Assembly: GCA_017399915.1 (NCBI GenBank)
Contig: JAFQAS010000061.1
Coordinates: forward strand, 27,434-51,433
Source of the DNA: Muribaculaceae bacterium
GTDB taxonomy: Bacteria; Bacteroidota; Bacteroidia; Bacteroidales; Muribaculaceae
Length of the DNA stretch: 24,000 nucleotides
Direction: 5' to 3'
A program made the position numbers and the translations under genes. How positions within the stretch are numbered: position 1 is the stretch's first letter; each line of letters begins with the position of its first letter. Positions 23,902 through 24,000 of this stretch are shown here, one piece after another. The notes beneath the pieces were generated by a model. It made no database searches. It saw only the letters and a program-made list of their open reading frames with translations, and was not told the origin of the DNA.

Positions 23902-24000
23902 ATGAAAAAAATCAGAGCAGCCATCGTAGGATATGGCAACATTGGTCAATTTGTACTCGACGCTCTCGAAACAGCTCCCGACTTTGAAGTTGCAGGTGTG
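23902..24000 (+). CDS. N-terminus of an NAD(P)-binding dehydrogenase, probably meso-diaminopimelate dehydrogenase (continues past the window)
   Basis: [33 protein letters not shown] has a Rossmann GxGxxG start resembling Bacteroides Ddh. Only 33 codons are visible. Confidence 0.5.
   Translation, partial: MKKIRAAIVGYGNIGQFVLDALETAPDFEVAGV

Overview
The window reads as chromosomal DNA from a Bacteroidales-type bacterium. This is inferred from the gene set, the lack of Shine-Dalgarno spacing, and the Bacteroides -7 promoter box TAnnTTTG, which I find by eye upstream of most transcription units. About 80% of it is ordinary housekeeping sequence: secA 3' end, a DUF59 Fe-S protein, lpxH, an M23 peptidase, recG, ispD, gdhA, an M16 peptidase, an NhaC antiporter, rplS, pta-ackA, and the start of a dehydrogenase. 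I see no rRNA, tRNA, CRISPR array, transposase, integrase or recognisable multi-gene defence or mobile system. The unusual material sits in four long ORF-free gaps (767-1541, 3957-4477, 12511-13131 plus 13492-13867, and 14728-15770) and in two secreted SUMF1/FGE (C-type-lectin-fold) proteins. (1) Both FGE genes are preceded by a collinear, block-conserved leader of about 320-350 nt that starts at a positionally conserved -7 box. The leader is better conserved than the N-termini of the proteins, which makes it a candidate structured cis-regulatory RNA. (2) The last ~140 bp of the smaller FGE gene form an abrupt GC-rich, adenine-poor, NNC-codon block with the canonical C-terminal sequence (...YRVLRGGSW...CRVSYR...FGFRLV) of a DGR (diversity-generating retroelement) variable region. 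That block is reachable only through a 1-nt frameshift lying exactly at the compositional boundary, and no template repeat or reverse transcriptase is present in the window. (3) A modular family of hairpin repeats with TAACC(A/C)CCTCC termini occurs at least six times. Two ~220-bp direct copies bracket a small DUF559 (Vsr-like nuclease) gene. All products were assigned from motifs I recognise in the translations; no database search or folding computation was run.
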